From: Kiritimatiellia bacterium
GTDB lineage: Bacteria > Verrucomicrobiota > Kiritimatiellia > RFP12 > UBA1067
NCBI GenBank assembly: GCA_017525225.1
Contig: JAFXTB010000109.1
Location: 1,182-65,181, forward strand
Reading direction: 5' to 3'
DNA: 64,000 bases
Part shown: in pieces, positions 28,168 through 38,264 of the stretch
Layout of the letters: each line of letters starts with the position of its first letter
Numbering within the stretch: position 1 is the stretch's first letter
The notes under the pieces: model-generated
The model's input: the letters and a program-made list of their open reading frames with translations, nothing else
The model's database searches: none
Told to the model about the DNA's origin: nothing
Position numbers and translations under genes: made by a program

Positions 28168-28176
28168 TGGTAGAAT
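28168..28176 (+). promoter_or_regulatory. Extended -10 TGGTAGAAT element 9 nt upstream of the U32-family gene ATG (probably a leaderless transcript)
   Basis: Reads 'aaTGGTAGAATatatggcgcATG'. The true N-terminus 'MNDIELLSPAGS' is the conserved U32 start, so translation must begin at this ATG. Confidence 0.45.
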
Positions 28177-28185
28177 ATATGGCGC

Positions 28186-30414
28186 ATGAACGACATAGAA
28201 CTTCTTTCGCCTGCCGGTTCCTTCGAGACCGCCCGCGCCGCGTTCGCAGCCGGCGCTGACGCCGTGTACCTCGGTCTCGACGCCTTTTCCGCGCGGGCCG
28301 AGGCGGAGAACCTGTCGGAAGCCGACCTTTGCCAGCTTCTCGCCATCGCCCGTGCGCAGGGCAGGCGGGTCTATGTGACGTTCAACACGCTGATCGACGA
28401 CTCCCAGCTTCCCGCCGCCGCGGAGAAGCTGGCGATGCTCGCCGATCTCTGTCCGGACGGCATCATCGTGCAGGACCTCGGCATTGCGCGACTGGTCCGC
28501 CGCCGTTTCCCCGAGCTACGCCTCCACGCCTCCACCCAGCTGGTGGCGCACAATCTCGAAGGCGTGCTGGCCCTCCGTGAACTCGGCTTCACGCGCGTTG
28601 TGCTGGCCCGCGAGCTCTCCCTTGCAGACATCCGCACAATAGCCCGCAGGTCGGGCGTGGAGATCGAGGTGTTCGTCCACGGCGCGCTCTGCTACTCGCT
28701 CTCCGGCCTCTGCCTCTTCTCCGCGATGGAGAAAGGCCGTAGCGGCAACCGCGGCCGGTGCGCGTACTGCTGCCGCCTCGCGTATTCCGACCAGTCCGGC
28801 ACACGATGCCTCCCCTTCTCCATGAAGGACCTCCGGCTCGACGAACGCCTGGAGGCGCTCGCATCGGCGGGCGTGGCATCGCTGAAGATCGAGGGGCGCA
28901 TGAAGTCGCCGCTCTACGTGGCGTCCGTCACGAAACGCTACCGCGACCTGCTGGACAAAGGACGATCGGACGTATCGCAGGCCGACCTGGAGACCGTCTT
29001 CTCGCGGCGCACCACCACGCTCTACCTCGACGGCTACCCCGTTCCCGGCAAGCCCGGTGAAGACGTGATCGACGCCGAATCACTCGGGCATCTCGGCACG
29101 CCCATCGGCACTGTGAAGCACGTCACGAAGGACCGCGAGGGACGCGCCTGGCTGCGCCTGCACACAAGCCGCGCCCTCGAACGGCACGACGGCATCCAGT
29201 TCGCCGCCCCCGAAGGCGGCAAGCCGTGCGGCTTCGGCATATCCGAGATGCGCACCGCCATCTCCCGCCGTGGAACCGTTCGCGTGCAGGCCGGCGAGGA
29301 CGTGGAGCTGCTGCTGCCGGATGGACTTTCCGTGCAGGAGGGGGCGACCGTGTTCTGCAGCGCGTCGAATGAGGTCAAGCGGCGCTTCCCGGTGCCATCG
29401 TTCCGTCCAAGCGACTTCGCCGCCGGAACGCCCGTGGACATCGAGGTGACGCTCGGCGCGGATGGCCTTACGGCACGTACCGCATCGCCAGACGCCAGCG
29501 TCCGCATCCCCCTTCCGCTTTCCGCCGCCCAGCATCCCGACAGAACCTTCGCCGCCGTTGAAAAGGCGTTCTCGAGGATGGGGACGAGTGGCTGGTCGGC
29601 AGGAAGGCTCGCCGTAAACGATCCCGACAGGCTCTTCGCGCCGGTATCGGCGCTGAACGAGCTAAGGCGCAGCCTCGTATCCGCGCTTGACGCAGCGCGC
29701 GCCGAACGTCGCTCAGAACGCATCAAGATGGCCCTCGCCGACTGGGCCGCCCCGCAGCCGGATGGGCGCAAGGAACATCCTGGGATGCAAGGCGAAACCC
29801 TTAAGCTCCGTATCTCGCAGGCGATTCCCGCAGGAGACTGGATCGAGACGATATGCGACATCGGCCATGGCGGCGACGTTCCCGCGCCCGATGTACATGT
29901 GAGGCTGGCGCTTCCGCTTTTCACGAGGGAAGGCGACTTCGCGGCGATGCGCACGCGCGTGAAGCGCCTGATGCGCGCGGGCCATCTGCGGTGGGAGGCG
30001 GCAGATGTCGCAACCTTGCGTCTGCTTCGCCAGTGCGGCGTCGAGGACCTGACGGCGGACTGGTCGCTCTACGCCTTCAACCGCGAGGCCATGCGTCTCC
30101 TCGGCGAACTCGGCGTATCACGATTCACATGCTCGGCGGAGAACACGCGCACCAACCTCTCGGACATCTCCGACATCGCGGTCGGCGACCCTTCCCTGCC
30201 AAGGCCCGAGTTCCTGGCGAGGCAGTGCACGCCCCTGTTCATCTCGCTCACGCGCCCACGCACGACGGATCCCACGCGTCTCACAGGGATGCGGGGCGAT
30301 GTGTTCACGGCCTACGAACGGGACGGGCTATGGGCGACGATCCGTCCGGAACCGCGCCTGTTCGATGCCCCCGCAGGCTGGCTGCGGCGGACGGATATAA
30401 GCTGGGACGCCTGA
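28186..30414 (+). CDS. Peptidase U32 family protein, long form (RlhA/TrhP-type; candidate RNA hydroxylase or collagenase-like)
   Basis: 'ELLSPAGSFETARAAFAAGADAVYLG', 'VHGALCYSLSGLC' and 'RGRCAYCCR' are U32 signatures. Length is 742 aa with a C-terminal extension. Confidence 0.8.
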   Translation: MNDIELLSPAGSFETARAAFAAGADAVYLGLDAFSARAEAENLSEADLCQLLAIARAQGRRVYVTFNTLIDDSQLPAAAEKLAMLADLCPDGIIVQDLGIARLVRRRFPELRLHASTQLVAHNLEGVLALRELGFTRVVLARELSLADIRTIARRSGVEIEVFVHGALCYSLSGLCLFSAMEKGRSGNRGRCAYCCRLAYSDQSGTRCLPFSMKDLRLDERLEALASAGVASLKIEGRMKSPLYVASVTKRYRDLLDKGRSDVSQADLETVFSRRTTTLYLDGYPVPGKPGEDVIDAESLGHLGTPIGTVKHVTKDREGRAWLRLHTSRALERHDGIQFAAPEGGKPCGFGISEMRTAISRRGTVRVQAGEDVELLLPDGLSVQEGATVFCSASNEVKRRFPVPSFRPSDFAAGTPVDIEVTLGADGLTARTASPDASVRIPLPLSAAQHPDRTFAAVEKAFSRMGTSGWSAGRLAVNDPDRLFAPVSALNELRRSLVSALDAARAERRSERIKMALADWAAPQPDGRKEHPGMQGETLKLRISQAIPAGDWIETICDIGHGGDVPAPDVHVRLALPLFTREGDFAAMRTRVKRLMRAGHLRWEAADVATLRLLRQCGVEDLTADWSLYAFNREAMRLLGELGVSRFTCSAENTRTNLSDISDIAVGDPSLPRPEFLARQCTPLFISLTRPRTTDPTRLTGMRGDVFTAYERDGLWATIRPEPRLFDAPAGWLRRTDISWDA

Positions 30415-30416
30415 AC

Positions 30417-30881
30417 CTACGGCCGCACACCCTGCCAGGCGGCGAACCGCTGGGCTGCCAGCCGGCGGTACTTCGCCCCGACGCCGCCGTTCACGAAGGG
30501 ATCGATGGTGATGCCGCCGCGGGCGGCGAACTTGCCGAATACCTCCATGTAGCGGGGCTTCAGCAGCTTTACAAGGTCGTCGTAGACGACGTTCACCACA
30601 TCCTCGTGGAAGTCGCCATGGTTGCGGAAACCGAAAAGGTACAGCTTCAGCGACTTCGACTCCACGAGCCGCTTCGCAGGTATGTAGCGGATGGTCAGCG
30701 TGGCGAAATCCGGCTGGCCGGTCTTGGGGCAGAGCGTGGTGAACTCCGGGCAGGTGAAGGTAACCCAGTAGTCGCGTTCCTGGTGCCGGTTCGCGAACGC
30801 CTCCAGCAGCGAGGGATCGTAACTGCACGGCACGCGCGCCGCGTTTCCCAGCAGACTGAGTCCATCAAGATCGTTTCTCAT
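30417..30881 (-). CDS. queF: NADPH-dependent 7-cyano-7-deazaguanine (preQ0) reductase
   Basis: '[21 protein letters not shown]' is the QueF signature. 154 aa is the YkvM-type length. Confidence 0.9.
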   Translation of the reverse strand: MRNDLDGLSLLGNAARVPCSYDPSLLEAFANRHQERDYWVTFTCPEFTTLCPKTGQPDFATLTIRYIPAKRLVESKSLKLYLFGFRNHGDFHEDVVNVVYDDLVKLLKPRYMEVFGKFAARGGITIDPFVNGGVGAKYRRLAAQRFAAWQGVRP

Positions 30882-30885
30882 GCCA

Positions 30886-32286
30886 TCACTCCTTTAATGC
30901 TTCCATGCAATCCACCTCGCCCACCAGCACCTGCGGGTGCGCGTCCGTTATCCTCACCCGCACCGCGTCGCCGGGGGATATCCCGGGCGGCGGAGCGAAC
31001 ACTACGATGCGGTTGCCGGAATCCCTGCCGCTCCAGCGCGCGGCATTGCGGATCGAAGGCCCTTCCGCAAGCACCTCGCGGACAGTCCCCACGAGACGCT
31101 CGTTGCGGCTCTGTCCACGCACCTCCTGGTCCGCCAGCAGCACCTGGTCGCGGCGCTCCTTCTCGGCCGCGGGCACGTCGTCGGGAAGCTCTGCGGAGCG
31201 CGTGCCAGGCCGCGGGGAGTACTTGAAGATGAAGGCGTTGTCGAACCCGGCCTCGTCCATGAGCGAGCGCGTCGCCTCGAAATCCTCCTCCGTCTCGCCG
31301 GGATAGCCAACGATCACGTCGGTGGTGACGGAGAACTCCGGATCGAACCCGCGCAGCCTTCGCACGGCGTCGAGGTATTCGGCGCGGGTGTAGCGCCGAC
31401 CCATCTCCGCGAGCAGGCGGTCGGAGCCTGACTGCACGGGCAGGTGCAGGTGGCGGCAGACCTTCGGGAGTTCGCGGTAGGCGCGCAGAAGCTCATCGGT
31501 GCAGCCCTTCGGATGGGCGGAGGTGAAGCGTATGCGCATGAGCCCGTCGATTGCCGAGAGCGCCTCGAGAAGTCGCGGGAAAGGCTCGGTAAATCCGCCC
31601 GGCGAAGGGGCGTCGGCATCTGTCCAGGCCTTGGTGCGCATGCCGTAGCGAAGCACGCTCTGGCCGAGCAGGCACACCTCCTTCACGCCGCGGAGGGCGA
31701 GCGCACGCACTTCGGCGACTATCTCGCGCGCAGGACGCGAATATTCATGTCCACGGACGTCGGGCACGATGCAGTAGCTGCATCGGTTGTCGCAGCCGAG
31801 CAGGACGGTCACATGGCTCTGGAAGGATGCGCCGCCGCGCGAGGCGTCGGGATGGGCGTCGAGTCCGGCGGGCACCTCGTCGTCGTCGGGCAGCTCGAGG
31901 ATCCGAGTCTCGCCCGCGAGGCAGCGTTCGACGAGATGCGGAATTGCGCCGAAGCGACGCGGGCCGACGGCGAAATCCAGGTGGGGAAGCGCCTTGAAGA
32001 CATCCTGCCCTAGCCGCTTGACGGCGCAACCCATCAGTCCCACGATGCGCACCGAGGAGCCTTCCGCCCTGCGGCCCCTGCCCTCCTTGGCGGCAATGAG
32101 GTTGCCACATTTGCCAACTGCCTTGCGTTCGGCCATGTCGCGCACGGTGCAGGAGTTGACCAGCACCAGCTGCGCATCGGCCTCGCACGCGGCGCGTTCG
32201 TGTCCTGCGGCCTCAAGCAGCGCGGCAACGGCCTCGCTGTCGCGCACGTTCATCTGGCAGCCGTAGGTATGGATGTGGTAGCGCAT
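30886..32286 (-). CDS. miaB: tRNA-2-methylthio-N6-dimethylallyladenosine synthase (radical SAM methylthiotransferase)
   Basis: '[16 protein letters not shown]' is MTTase N-terminal cluster 1. '[12 protein letters not shown]' is the radical SAM CxxxCxxC. A C-terminal TRAM domain is present. The start was chosen at internal Met 110 of the longer ORF. Confidence 0.8.
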   Translation of the reverse strand: MRYHIHTYGCQMNVRDSEAVAALLEAAGHERAACEADAQLVLVNSCTVRDMAERKAVGKCGNLIAAKEGRGRRAEGSSVRIVGLMGCAVKRLGQDVFKALPHLDFAVGPRRFGAIPHLVERCLAGETRILELPDDDEVPAGLDAHPDASRGGASFQSHVTVLLGCDNRCSYCIVPDVRGHEYSRPAREIVAEVRALALRGVKEVCLLGQSVLRYGMRTKAWTDADAPSPGGFTEPFPRLLEALSAIDGLMRIRFTSAHPKGCTDELLRAYRELPKVCRHLHLPVQSGSDRLLAEMGRRYTRAEYLDAVRRLRGFDPEFSVTTDVIVGYPGETEEDFEATRSLMDEAGFDNAFIFKYSPRPGTRSAELPDDVPAAEKERRDQVLLADQEVRGQSRNERLVGTVREVLAEGPSIRNAARWSGRDSGNRIVVFAPPPGISPGDAVRVRITDAHPQVLVGEVDCMEALKE

Positions 32287-32288
32287 CG

Positions 32289-33512
32289 TCACCTGCGCGC
32301 AAGCTGCACGAAAGTCTCGAACCGCGCCGTGCGCGGGAAGAGGTCGAAGAGCGCGGCCTTCTCGATGCGGTATGCAGGCATGAGGGCCGTGAGGTCGCGC
32401 GCGAGCGTGGCTGGATCGCACGACACGTAGAAGATGCGCGGGGCGGGGCGCTTGGCAAGCCAGGCGGGGACGTTGGGTTCGAGGCCGCCGCGCGGCGGAT
32501 CGAGCAGCACCGTATGGTGCGGACCTATCTTTATGCGCCCAAGGCTGCCGCCTACGCGCTCGCAGAAGAAGCTGGCCTTGATGCCGAGCGCCTCGGCGTT
32601 GCGCTTGGCGCACGCCACCGAGGCGCGTGCGCTCTCCACTCCAACCAGGCGCGCCGTAAAGCCGTCAAGGCCGTTGGCGCCCTTGCCGTTAAGGCCCTTG
32701 AGGCAACAGAGGCCAAAGACGCCTACGCCACAGTAGAGGTCCAGCAGGTGAGCGGCGGAGTCGGCGCCTTCGAGGTACGCATCGCGTACGGCGGCGACGA
32801 GTCGGTCCGCCATCTGCGGGTTCACCTGGTAGAAACCGTCAGCAGGCACGCGGAAGTGGATCCCGCCTGTGAGCTCGGTGAGTTCCAGCCCCAGCGGCGG
32901 ATCGCCCAGCCACCATTTGACGCCGTCTATGGCGGTATAGCGCACGGTCACGTTGTCGGCGGCCTTCGTCGAATCGCGCACGGCCTTTGCGCCGCTGGTC
33001 AGAAGGGCCAGCACGCCGGCGCGGATGTCCGGCAGGGCGCGGTTTATCTCCGCGCAGGCAAGCGGGTCCTCCGTGAGATCAACGACCTCGTGCGACTGCT
33101 CGGCCCGGTAGCCGAGCAGCCAGCGGCCATCGCGCCGCTGCGTGTGGTACACGGCCTTGTTGCGGTAGTTGAGCGGTTGCGGCGCGGCCACGACATCGAG
33201 CGGCACGAGTTCGGACTGCGCCTTCCAGAGGAAGTTCTCGAGCTGGTCCTGCTTGAGCCTGAGCTCGCCCGCGTACGAGATGGCGGAATACACCATGCCC
33301 GGCACGGACGGCCCTGGCTGGATGCGGTCCGGCGAAGGCTCCAGTACCTCCACGAGACGCGCCTTGACGTATTTCCTCTTCTGCTCTACGATGTCGGCGC
33401 GTACCTTCTCGCCCGCGAAGGCGCCCGGCACGAACACGACGCGTCCGTCGCCGAGCCTTCCCAGACCGTCGCCGCCATAGACGTTCTTCTGTATGTCGAT
33501 CTCGACGGTCAT
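32289..33512 (-). CDS. TRAM-domain RNA (uracil-5)-methyltransferase, RlmD/TrmA family
   Basis: The N-terminal TRAM is 'VEIDIQKNVYGGDGLGRLGDGRVVFVPGAF'. The class I methyltransferase core is 'LDLYCGVGVFGL' with 'LLDPPRGG' and a C-terminal 'FDLFPRTARFETFVQL'. It sits 2 nt after miaB. Confidence 0.65.
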   Translation of the reverse strand: MTVEIDIQKNVYGGDGLGRLGDGRVVFVPGAFAGEKVRADIVEQKRKYVKARLVEVLEPSPDRIQPGPSVPGMVYSAISYAGELRLKQDQLENFLWKAQSELVPLDVVAAPQPLNYRNKAVYHTQRRDGRWLLGYRAEQSHEVVDLTEDPLACAEINRALPDIRAGVLALLTSGAKAVRDSTKAADNVTVRYTAIDGVKWWLGDPPLGLELTELTGGIHFRVPADGFYQVNPQMADRLVAAVRDAYLEGADSAAHLLDLYCGVGVFGLCCLKGLNGKGANGLDGFTARLVGVESARASVACAKRNAEALGIKASFFCERVGGSLGRIKIGPHHTVLLDPPRGGLEPNVPAWLAKRPAPRIFYVSCDPATLARDLTALMPAYRIEKAALFDLFPRTARFETFVQLARR

Positions 33513-33517
33513 GTCTG

Positions 33518-34639
33518 TCAGGCTTTCAGGGCGTCGGCGAAGAGATCGATCCCGTGTAGATTGAAGTCGAGGTTCTTCTGGGTGTCGCAGGATGCCCACG
33601 GCGCCATCATGAACCCCTTGAGATGGCCGGCCGGGATGTCGCGGCGGCAGAGTTTTACGAGCTTGCCGATCACGTCGTCGGCGCCGACGCCTTCGCGCTT
33701 GCGCTTCCAGCCAGTCCAGTTTGTACCGCACGGCACCTGGTCGAAGCCCGCCTTCTCGAGATCGTAGAACCCCTTGAGGCGCTTGTGGTCCGCGGTCTTG
33801 TTCGTCGCCAGGTCGAATCCGCCGTGCGATTCATCGTAGTACCAGTTGCTCATCAGCACGGACTTCGGGCAGCGCGTGTAGAAATCGGGGTGGTCCCAGC
33901 CATAGTCGCTCCACATCCACGGACGCATCCCGGTACGCTCGACGGTCCTCACGATGTGCAGGAAGTCGTACCACCAGCATTCGCCCTTGCGCACCGTGAT
34001 GTAGAGGCAGCGCTTGGAGTTGTCCTGGTGGATGGCGGTCTCCTCGTCGAAGCCCATGTGGAAGAGGCGGGGATGGCCGAATATCTCGTCGACGTCCGCT
34101 ATGAGGTCCTCGCAGACCTTGTAGTACGTAGGCGTGGAGAGCATGCGACGGTAGTGCTTGAGCCAGCCGTTGTGGGTGGTGGAGAAGTTGAGCTTTGGCA
34201 CGACCTCGAGGCCGAGCGCGTTGAGGCGCGCAATCTCGGCGCGCATCTCGTCGGGCGTCCAGCTGCCCTTGATGGCGAGCTCGGGATGGCTCGGGTACAC
34301 GATTCCCTCGCCGATGTCTACGACGATCATGTTGAGCCCGCGCGCGGCGGCGTGGTCCGTTGCTTTGCGCCAGAGCTCGGTCTTGGACCGCAGCTCGGTG
34401 TCCGGCATGGGCGTACGCGTGCTCTCGTAGCCTTTCGCCAGTTCAGCGAGATCCATGTCGGCCGGGAACCAGTCGCACCACATGTTGTGCCCCAGGTGCA
34501 GCAGTAGCGACCTTATCTCGCCCTTGGCCGTGAAACCGCGCGTCGCAGGGGTGGTGGCGCAGCCGGCTGCGGCCAGCGCCGCAGCGCCGCCGATGAACGT
34601 TCTTCTTGACATCTCCATCTCTTTTCCCTTTCCTTGCAT
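33518..34639 (-). CDS. Tat-secreted TIM-barrel glycoside-hydrolase-like protein (GH20-like motif)
   Basis: 'SRRTFIGGAAALAAAG' is a Tat signal. 'FHMGFDEE' resembles the GH20 'H-x-G-G-D-E' catalytic motif. 'GLNMIVVDIGEGI' has a parallel in the product of 36147-38252. Confidence 0.45.
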   Translation of the reverse strand: MQGKGKEMEMSRRTFIGGAAALAAAGCATTPATRGFTAKGEIRSLLLHLGHNMWCDWFPADMDLAELAKGYESTRTPMPDTELRSKTELWRKATDHAAARGLNMIVVDIGEGIVYPSHPELAIKGSWTPDEMRAEIARLNALGLEVVPKLNFSTTHNGWLKHYRRMLSTPTYYKVCEDLIADVDEIFGHPRLFHMGFDEETAIHQDNSKRCLYITVRKGECWWYDFLHIVRTVERTGMRPWMWSDYGWDHPDFYTRCPKSVLMSNWYYDESHGGFDLATNKTADHKRLKGFYDLEKAGFDQVPCGTNWTGWKRKREGVGADDVIGKLVKLCRRDIPAGHLKGFMMAPWASCDTQKNLDFNLHGIDLFADALKA

Positions 34640-34648
34640 TGTCCAAGA

Positions 34649-36028
34649 TCATCCGCGGATGGCCGCCGAGAGGGCGTCCAGCCATTTCCGCAACCTTTCA
34701 TCCGTGTCGCATTCCACGATGAGCCGCAGGTACGGCTCGGTGTTGGACCGCCTTACGGAGATCCACCCTTCCGCGTATTCAAGCCGATAGCCGTCCATCT
34801 CGCTGCGTCCTGTCTCGCACGCAAGGCCTGCGGCGGCGGCGAGGACGCGCGAAGTGGCCGCGGCCGTGTCGGACACCTTAAAGTTGACCTCGCCGGAATT
34901 GGCGTAACGCCCCATCACGGGTGCCAGCGCCGCGGAGACTGCAAGGCCGCGCTCCTTCGCGTCCGCGAAGGCACCAAGGATGCGCAGCGCCGCAAGTTCG
35001 CCGGAATCGCAGAAGTGGAAATCGCGGAAGTAGTAGTGCCCGGCCAGTTCGCCGCCGCAGATGGCCCCGGTCTCGCGCAGCAGCACCTTCGCGAAGGCAT
35101 GTCCCACCTTGCCCATCACGGGCTTGAAGCCGTCCGCCACCAGCCGCTCAATTGCCGCCCTGCTGGTACGGACGTCGTGTATGACGGTACCCGGCGCGCC
35201 GAACGTCGATGCCAGAAGCGGTATCAGGTAGTCGGGCTGGATGAAGTCTCCCTTCTCGTCCACGAACATGCAACGGTCGGCGTCGCCATCGAATATGACG
35301 CCGCAGTCGAGCCCGCGTTCACGCACGGCGGCGGCAAGCTGCTTCCGCGACTCAGCGAGAAGCGGATTGGGCGAATGGTGCGGGAAGGCGCCGTCGGGTC
35401 TATCGTTGAGATACACGACACCATCGCCGAAGAGGGAATGCGCGAGGATGGACGCCATGCCGTCGGAACAGTCCACCGCGAAGCGCAGCGACCTTGCGGG
35501 ATCGAAGGCGCCGTGCGCGCGCAGCCATGCCACGTACCTGGCAAGCCTGGCGGGGTCGGTGGTCTCGCGCGGCACCGGGGCGCGCGAGGGGTCGTATCTG
35601 GAGGCATCGGCCCGGACGATCCCCTCCAGCTCGGCCAGGCCGGAGTCCCGACCGACCGGCAGAGCGCCCCGGCGCGACACCTTGAGGCCGTTGTCGGACG
35701 GCGGATTGTGCGATGCCGTCACCATCACCGACGCGTCGAAATCCTCCTCTGCCGTGAAGAAGTACACCATCGGGGTTGTCGCAGGGCCTAGATCCACAAC
35801 CTCCGCGCCCGCCTCTGTGAGACCTGCCGCCAGGGCAGCGGCGATGGCAGGCGATGAGGTGCGCGCGTCGCGCCCGATCAGCACGCGGAAGGCGCCCGAT
35901 CCAGCCTTTGAGGGTTCGTTGCGCGGCCGCACCACCGCCGGCAGGCCGCGGCCCGCGCGATAGACCGTGTCGAGGTCGAAATCGACGCCGAAGGTGCCGC
36001 GCATGTCGTATGCTTTGAAGAAGGACAT
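34649..36028 (-). CDS. Phosphomannomutase/phosphoglucomutase (alpha-D-phosphohexomutase family)
   Basis: 'TASHNPPSDNG' is the phosphoserine loop. 'GDGDADR' is the metal-binding loop. 'GGELAGHYYF' is the sugar-binding loop. Confidence 0.8.
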   Translation of the reverse strand: MSFFKAYDMRGTFGVDFDLDTVYRAGRGLPAVVRPRNEPSKAGSGAFRVLIGRDARTSSPAIAAALAAGLTEAGAEVVDLGPATTPMVYFFTAEEDFDASVMVTASHNPPSDNGLKVSRRGALPVGRDSGLAELEGIVRADASRYDPSRAPVPRETTDPARLARYVAWLRAHGAFDPARSLRFAVDCSDGMASILAHSLFGDGVVYLNDRPDGAFPHHSPNPLLAESRKQLAAAVRERGLDCGVIFDGDADRCMFVDEKGDFIQPDYLIPLLASTFGAPGTVIHDVRTSRAAIERLVADGFKPVMGKVGHAFAKVLLRETGAICGGELAGHYYFRDFHFCDSGELAALRILGAFADAKERGLAVSAALAPVMGRYANSGEVNFKVSDTAAATSRVLAAAAGLACETGRSEMDGYRLEYAEGWISVRRSNTEPYLRLIVECDTDERLRKWLDALSAAIRG

Positions 36029-36146
36029 GCGGATATTGTACCAAATCCCGTCCGTCTCGCCCACAGAAATGATCTTCTGAAATGCACGTCTCCAGGAGAT
36101 TCATTGTACAGCGGCCGATGGGGTGATGGCGTTTCAGCCATGGCTA

Positions 36147-38252
36147 CTATTCCAGTCCGTAGTGCTTCTTCAGATAGTCGATCTTCCAGCGGATGGCGTC
36201 GGGGCCGCCGCGATAGAGCATGGTCGGCTCCCATCCAAGCCGCGAATCCGCGAGCGTCAGCGCGAGTGCGGCCCGGCAGTTCTCCAGTTCGGCCCTTGCT
36301 ATCTCTACCACCCTCGCCCGCTCTCCGGCACGCTCTGCCACAAGCCCCTCCTTGACATGCTTCGCGGTCATGCACGTACGGGCCATGTACTGTCCAAGCA
36401 ATCCCATGCGCAGCGCGCGTTCGCGCCGGGTGGCATCCAGCCCCTCCTGCGACGCCATTCCCATGAACCCGTCCGCCCCCTTCATGAAGCATTCGATGAG
36501 CGGATCCAAGAGTTCCAGTTCCTTCTTCGTGGCCTTGTTCTGCTCGGCTATCTTGCGATAGTTCGGATACATGTAACGCGGGGGCATCGGAAGTTCGGAG
36601 CCGTCAAGGTCGGGCTCCATGGCATTGAACGGGTATGCAGGTCCGTATCGGAACGGTCCATATTGATTGGCGTTGATAGAATGGATGTCCACAAAGCGTG
36701 TACTCCAGTCGCTCCATATCGAACATGCGGCAGCGGCGTTGGCTGGCCCGAAATCGCGGGAGGCGATGGCCATGAGGTGTTCCTCGAACGGCATTCCGCC
36801 TTCCGTGAAGCTTTCCTTGGAGAGCTCCGAGATGAAGCCGGGCCACCAACCGTAATGGTGGTTCTCCATTAGCCCTGCGACTTTCCAGTCGTCATGGGCC
36901 TTCACGATGGCGTCAAAACGCTTCTTCCAGAGGTGCGGCACGGGAAGATACGGCACCATGCCGAAGTCCCAGGTGAGGCCTCCTGTGTTCGCCATGGCGT
37001 ACATCCTGCGGCCCGTCTTCGCGCAATGCGCGGCCTCCGATGCGAAATACCCCCCGGGGCCGGAATATACGAGCGTATAGTCGTCCGTGCGGGACTTCAA
37101 CCCGTTGCGCTTGACGATGTCGAAGTACTTCCCGAACGTCGCCATCATGGCGGTATCGGGCGGAAGCGCGTCGATGAAGGCAAGTCGCGCATCCTCCGGC
37201 TGCCTGTTCCAGTTGTAGCTCCAGGCCACTATCTCCATGTCCGGCGCGTGGGGACGGATGGCCCTGCGCACGCCTTCGAACCATGCTGGGTAGTCGCGGC
37301 AGGGGAACCAGCCGGCGAGCGGACGCTTGTCGCCCTTCGCCCTGCGTTCGGCTATCTCCTTGGTCTGCTGCCAGCGTAGCGGCATCGCGCGCTCGTCTTT
37401 CGTGGGGAACTGGCTGGTTTCACCCACGCATACTAGTCCCTTCGCCTTGGGATATGCGGCGGCGAGGCGCCCGAACGTCCCTTCGAAAGTCTCGGCAGCC
37501 TTCGGGTCGTCTGGATGGACGTATGCGCTCACGTAGCTGTAGAGATAGGTGTCGAGCCCCCATGCCTCCGCCCGTCGGATTATATCGCCGACATCGGTAC
37601 GCGTCGGTCTGTCAAGCAGGACGTCCTTGGTGATGTCGACATCCTTCACGAACACGAGGACCGTATCGAGGCCGGCGTGCGCTATCTGCGCGAGATGCGC
37701 CTCGGGGAAGCGGTCGCATCCCCAGCCGGAGTGTGTCATACGCCGCAGGAAGCGGTGTCGGCGGGTATTCCTGCCGAACTTGAGGAACGGTGCGCACCGC
37801 AGGTTCATGCGGTCTTCGAGGTGGTAGAGGGCCTGGGCCGCGGAACGGTCGTCAGCCGCGCGGATGGAAACCCCCTTGCCCGACACATCTACCGCGTATG
37901 AACGGGCAGGCATCGTCCCGTCTATCGCCACGGCCACGGCGGGTGGATTGCGTATGGCGGAATACGGCGTGACCACGCTCGCCGTGACGCCCATCGACTG
38001 CGCGCAGTAGTCGCAGAAGTCAGCCGCCGCGCGCGCAAGGAGCGGAGACGGGGATTCGCCCACGTCGACCTTCGCCTTCTCCGCGATCTCGAACTCGTCG
38101 GCGGAACGCTTGAGCGACCAGTCGCGGCGGTTGGATTCATGCACATGCGCGATGCGTCTGCGGAAGTCGTAAGGCTTTTCAATGGCGGTCTTGCCGGCGA
38201 CGCTTCCGAGCAGAAGCACTGCGGCCACGGTGACGACAATCTGTCTTTTCAT
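36147..38252 (-). CDS. Secreted hypothetical protein, glycoside-hydrolase-like (same family as the N-terminal region of the 33518-34639 product)
   Basis: Signal 'MKRQIVVTVAAVLLLGSVAG'. 'GLDTVLVFVKDVDI...AEAWGLDTYLYSY' is TIM-barrel-like. No diagnostic catalytic motif was identified. Confidence 0.4.
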   Translation of the reverse strand: MKRQIVVTVAAVLLLGSVAGKTAIEKPYDFRRRIAHVHESNRRDWSLKRSADEFEIAEKAKVDVGESPSPLLARAAADFCDYCAQSMGVTASVVTPYSAIRNPPAVAVAIDGTMPARSYAVDVSGKGVSIRAADDRSAAQALYHLEDRMNLRCAPFLKFGRNTRRHRFLRRMTHSGWGCDRFPEAHLAQIAHAGLDTVLVFVKDVDITKDVLLDRPTRTDVGDIIRRAEAWGLDTYLYSYVSAYVHPDDPKAAETFEGTFGRLAAAYPKAKGLVCVGETSQFPTKDERAMPLRWQQTKEIAERRAKGDKRPLAGWFPCRDYPAWFEGVRRAIRPHAPDMEIVAWSYNWNRQPEDARLAFIDALPPDTAMMATFGKYFDIVKRNGLKSRTDDYTLVYSGPGGYFASEAAHCAKTGRRMYAMANTGGLTWDFGMVPYLPVPHLWKKRFDAIVKAHDDWKVAGLMENHHYGWWPGFISELSKESFTEGGMPFEEHLMAIASRDFGPANAAAACSIWSDWSTRFVDIHSINANQYGPFRYGPAYPFNAMEPDLDGSELPMPPRYMYPNYRKIAEQNKATKKELELLDPLIECFMKGADGFMGMASQEGLDATRRERALRMGLLGQYMARTCMTAKHVKEGLVAERAGERARVVEIARAELENCRAALALTLADSRLGWEPTMLYRGGPDAIRWKIDYLKKHYGLE

Positions 38253-38264
38253 TCCATTCCTTTC

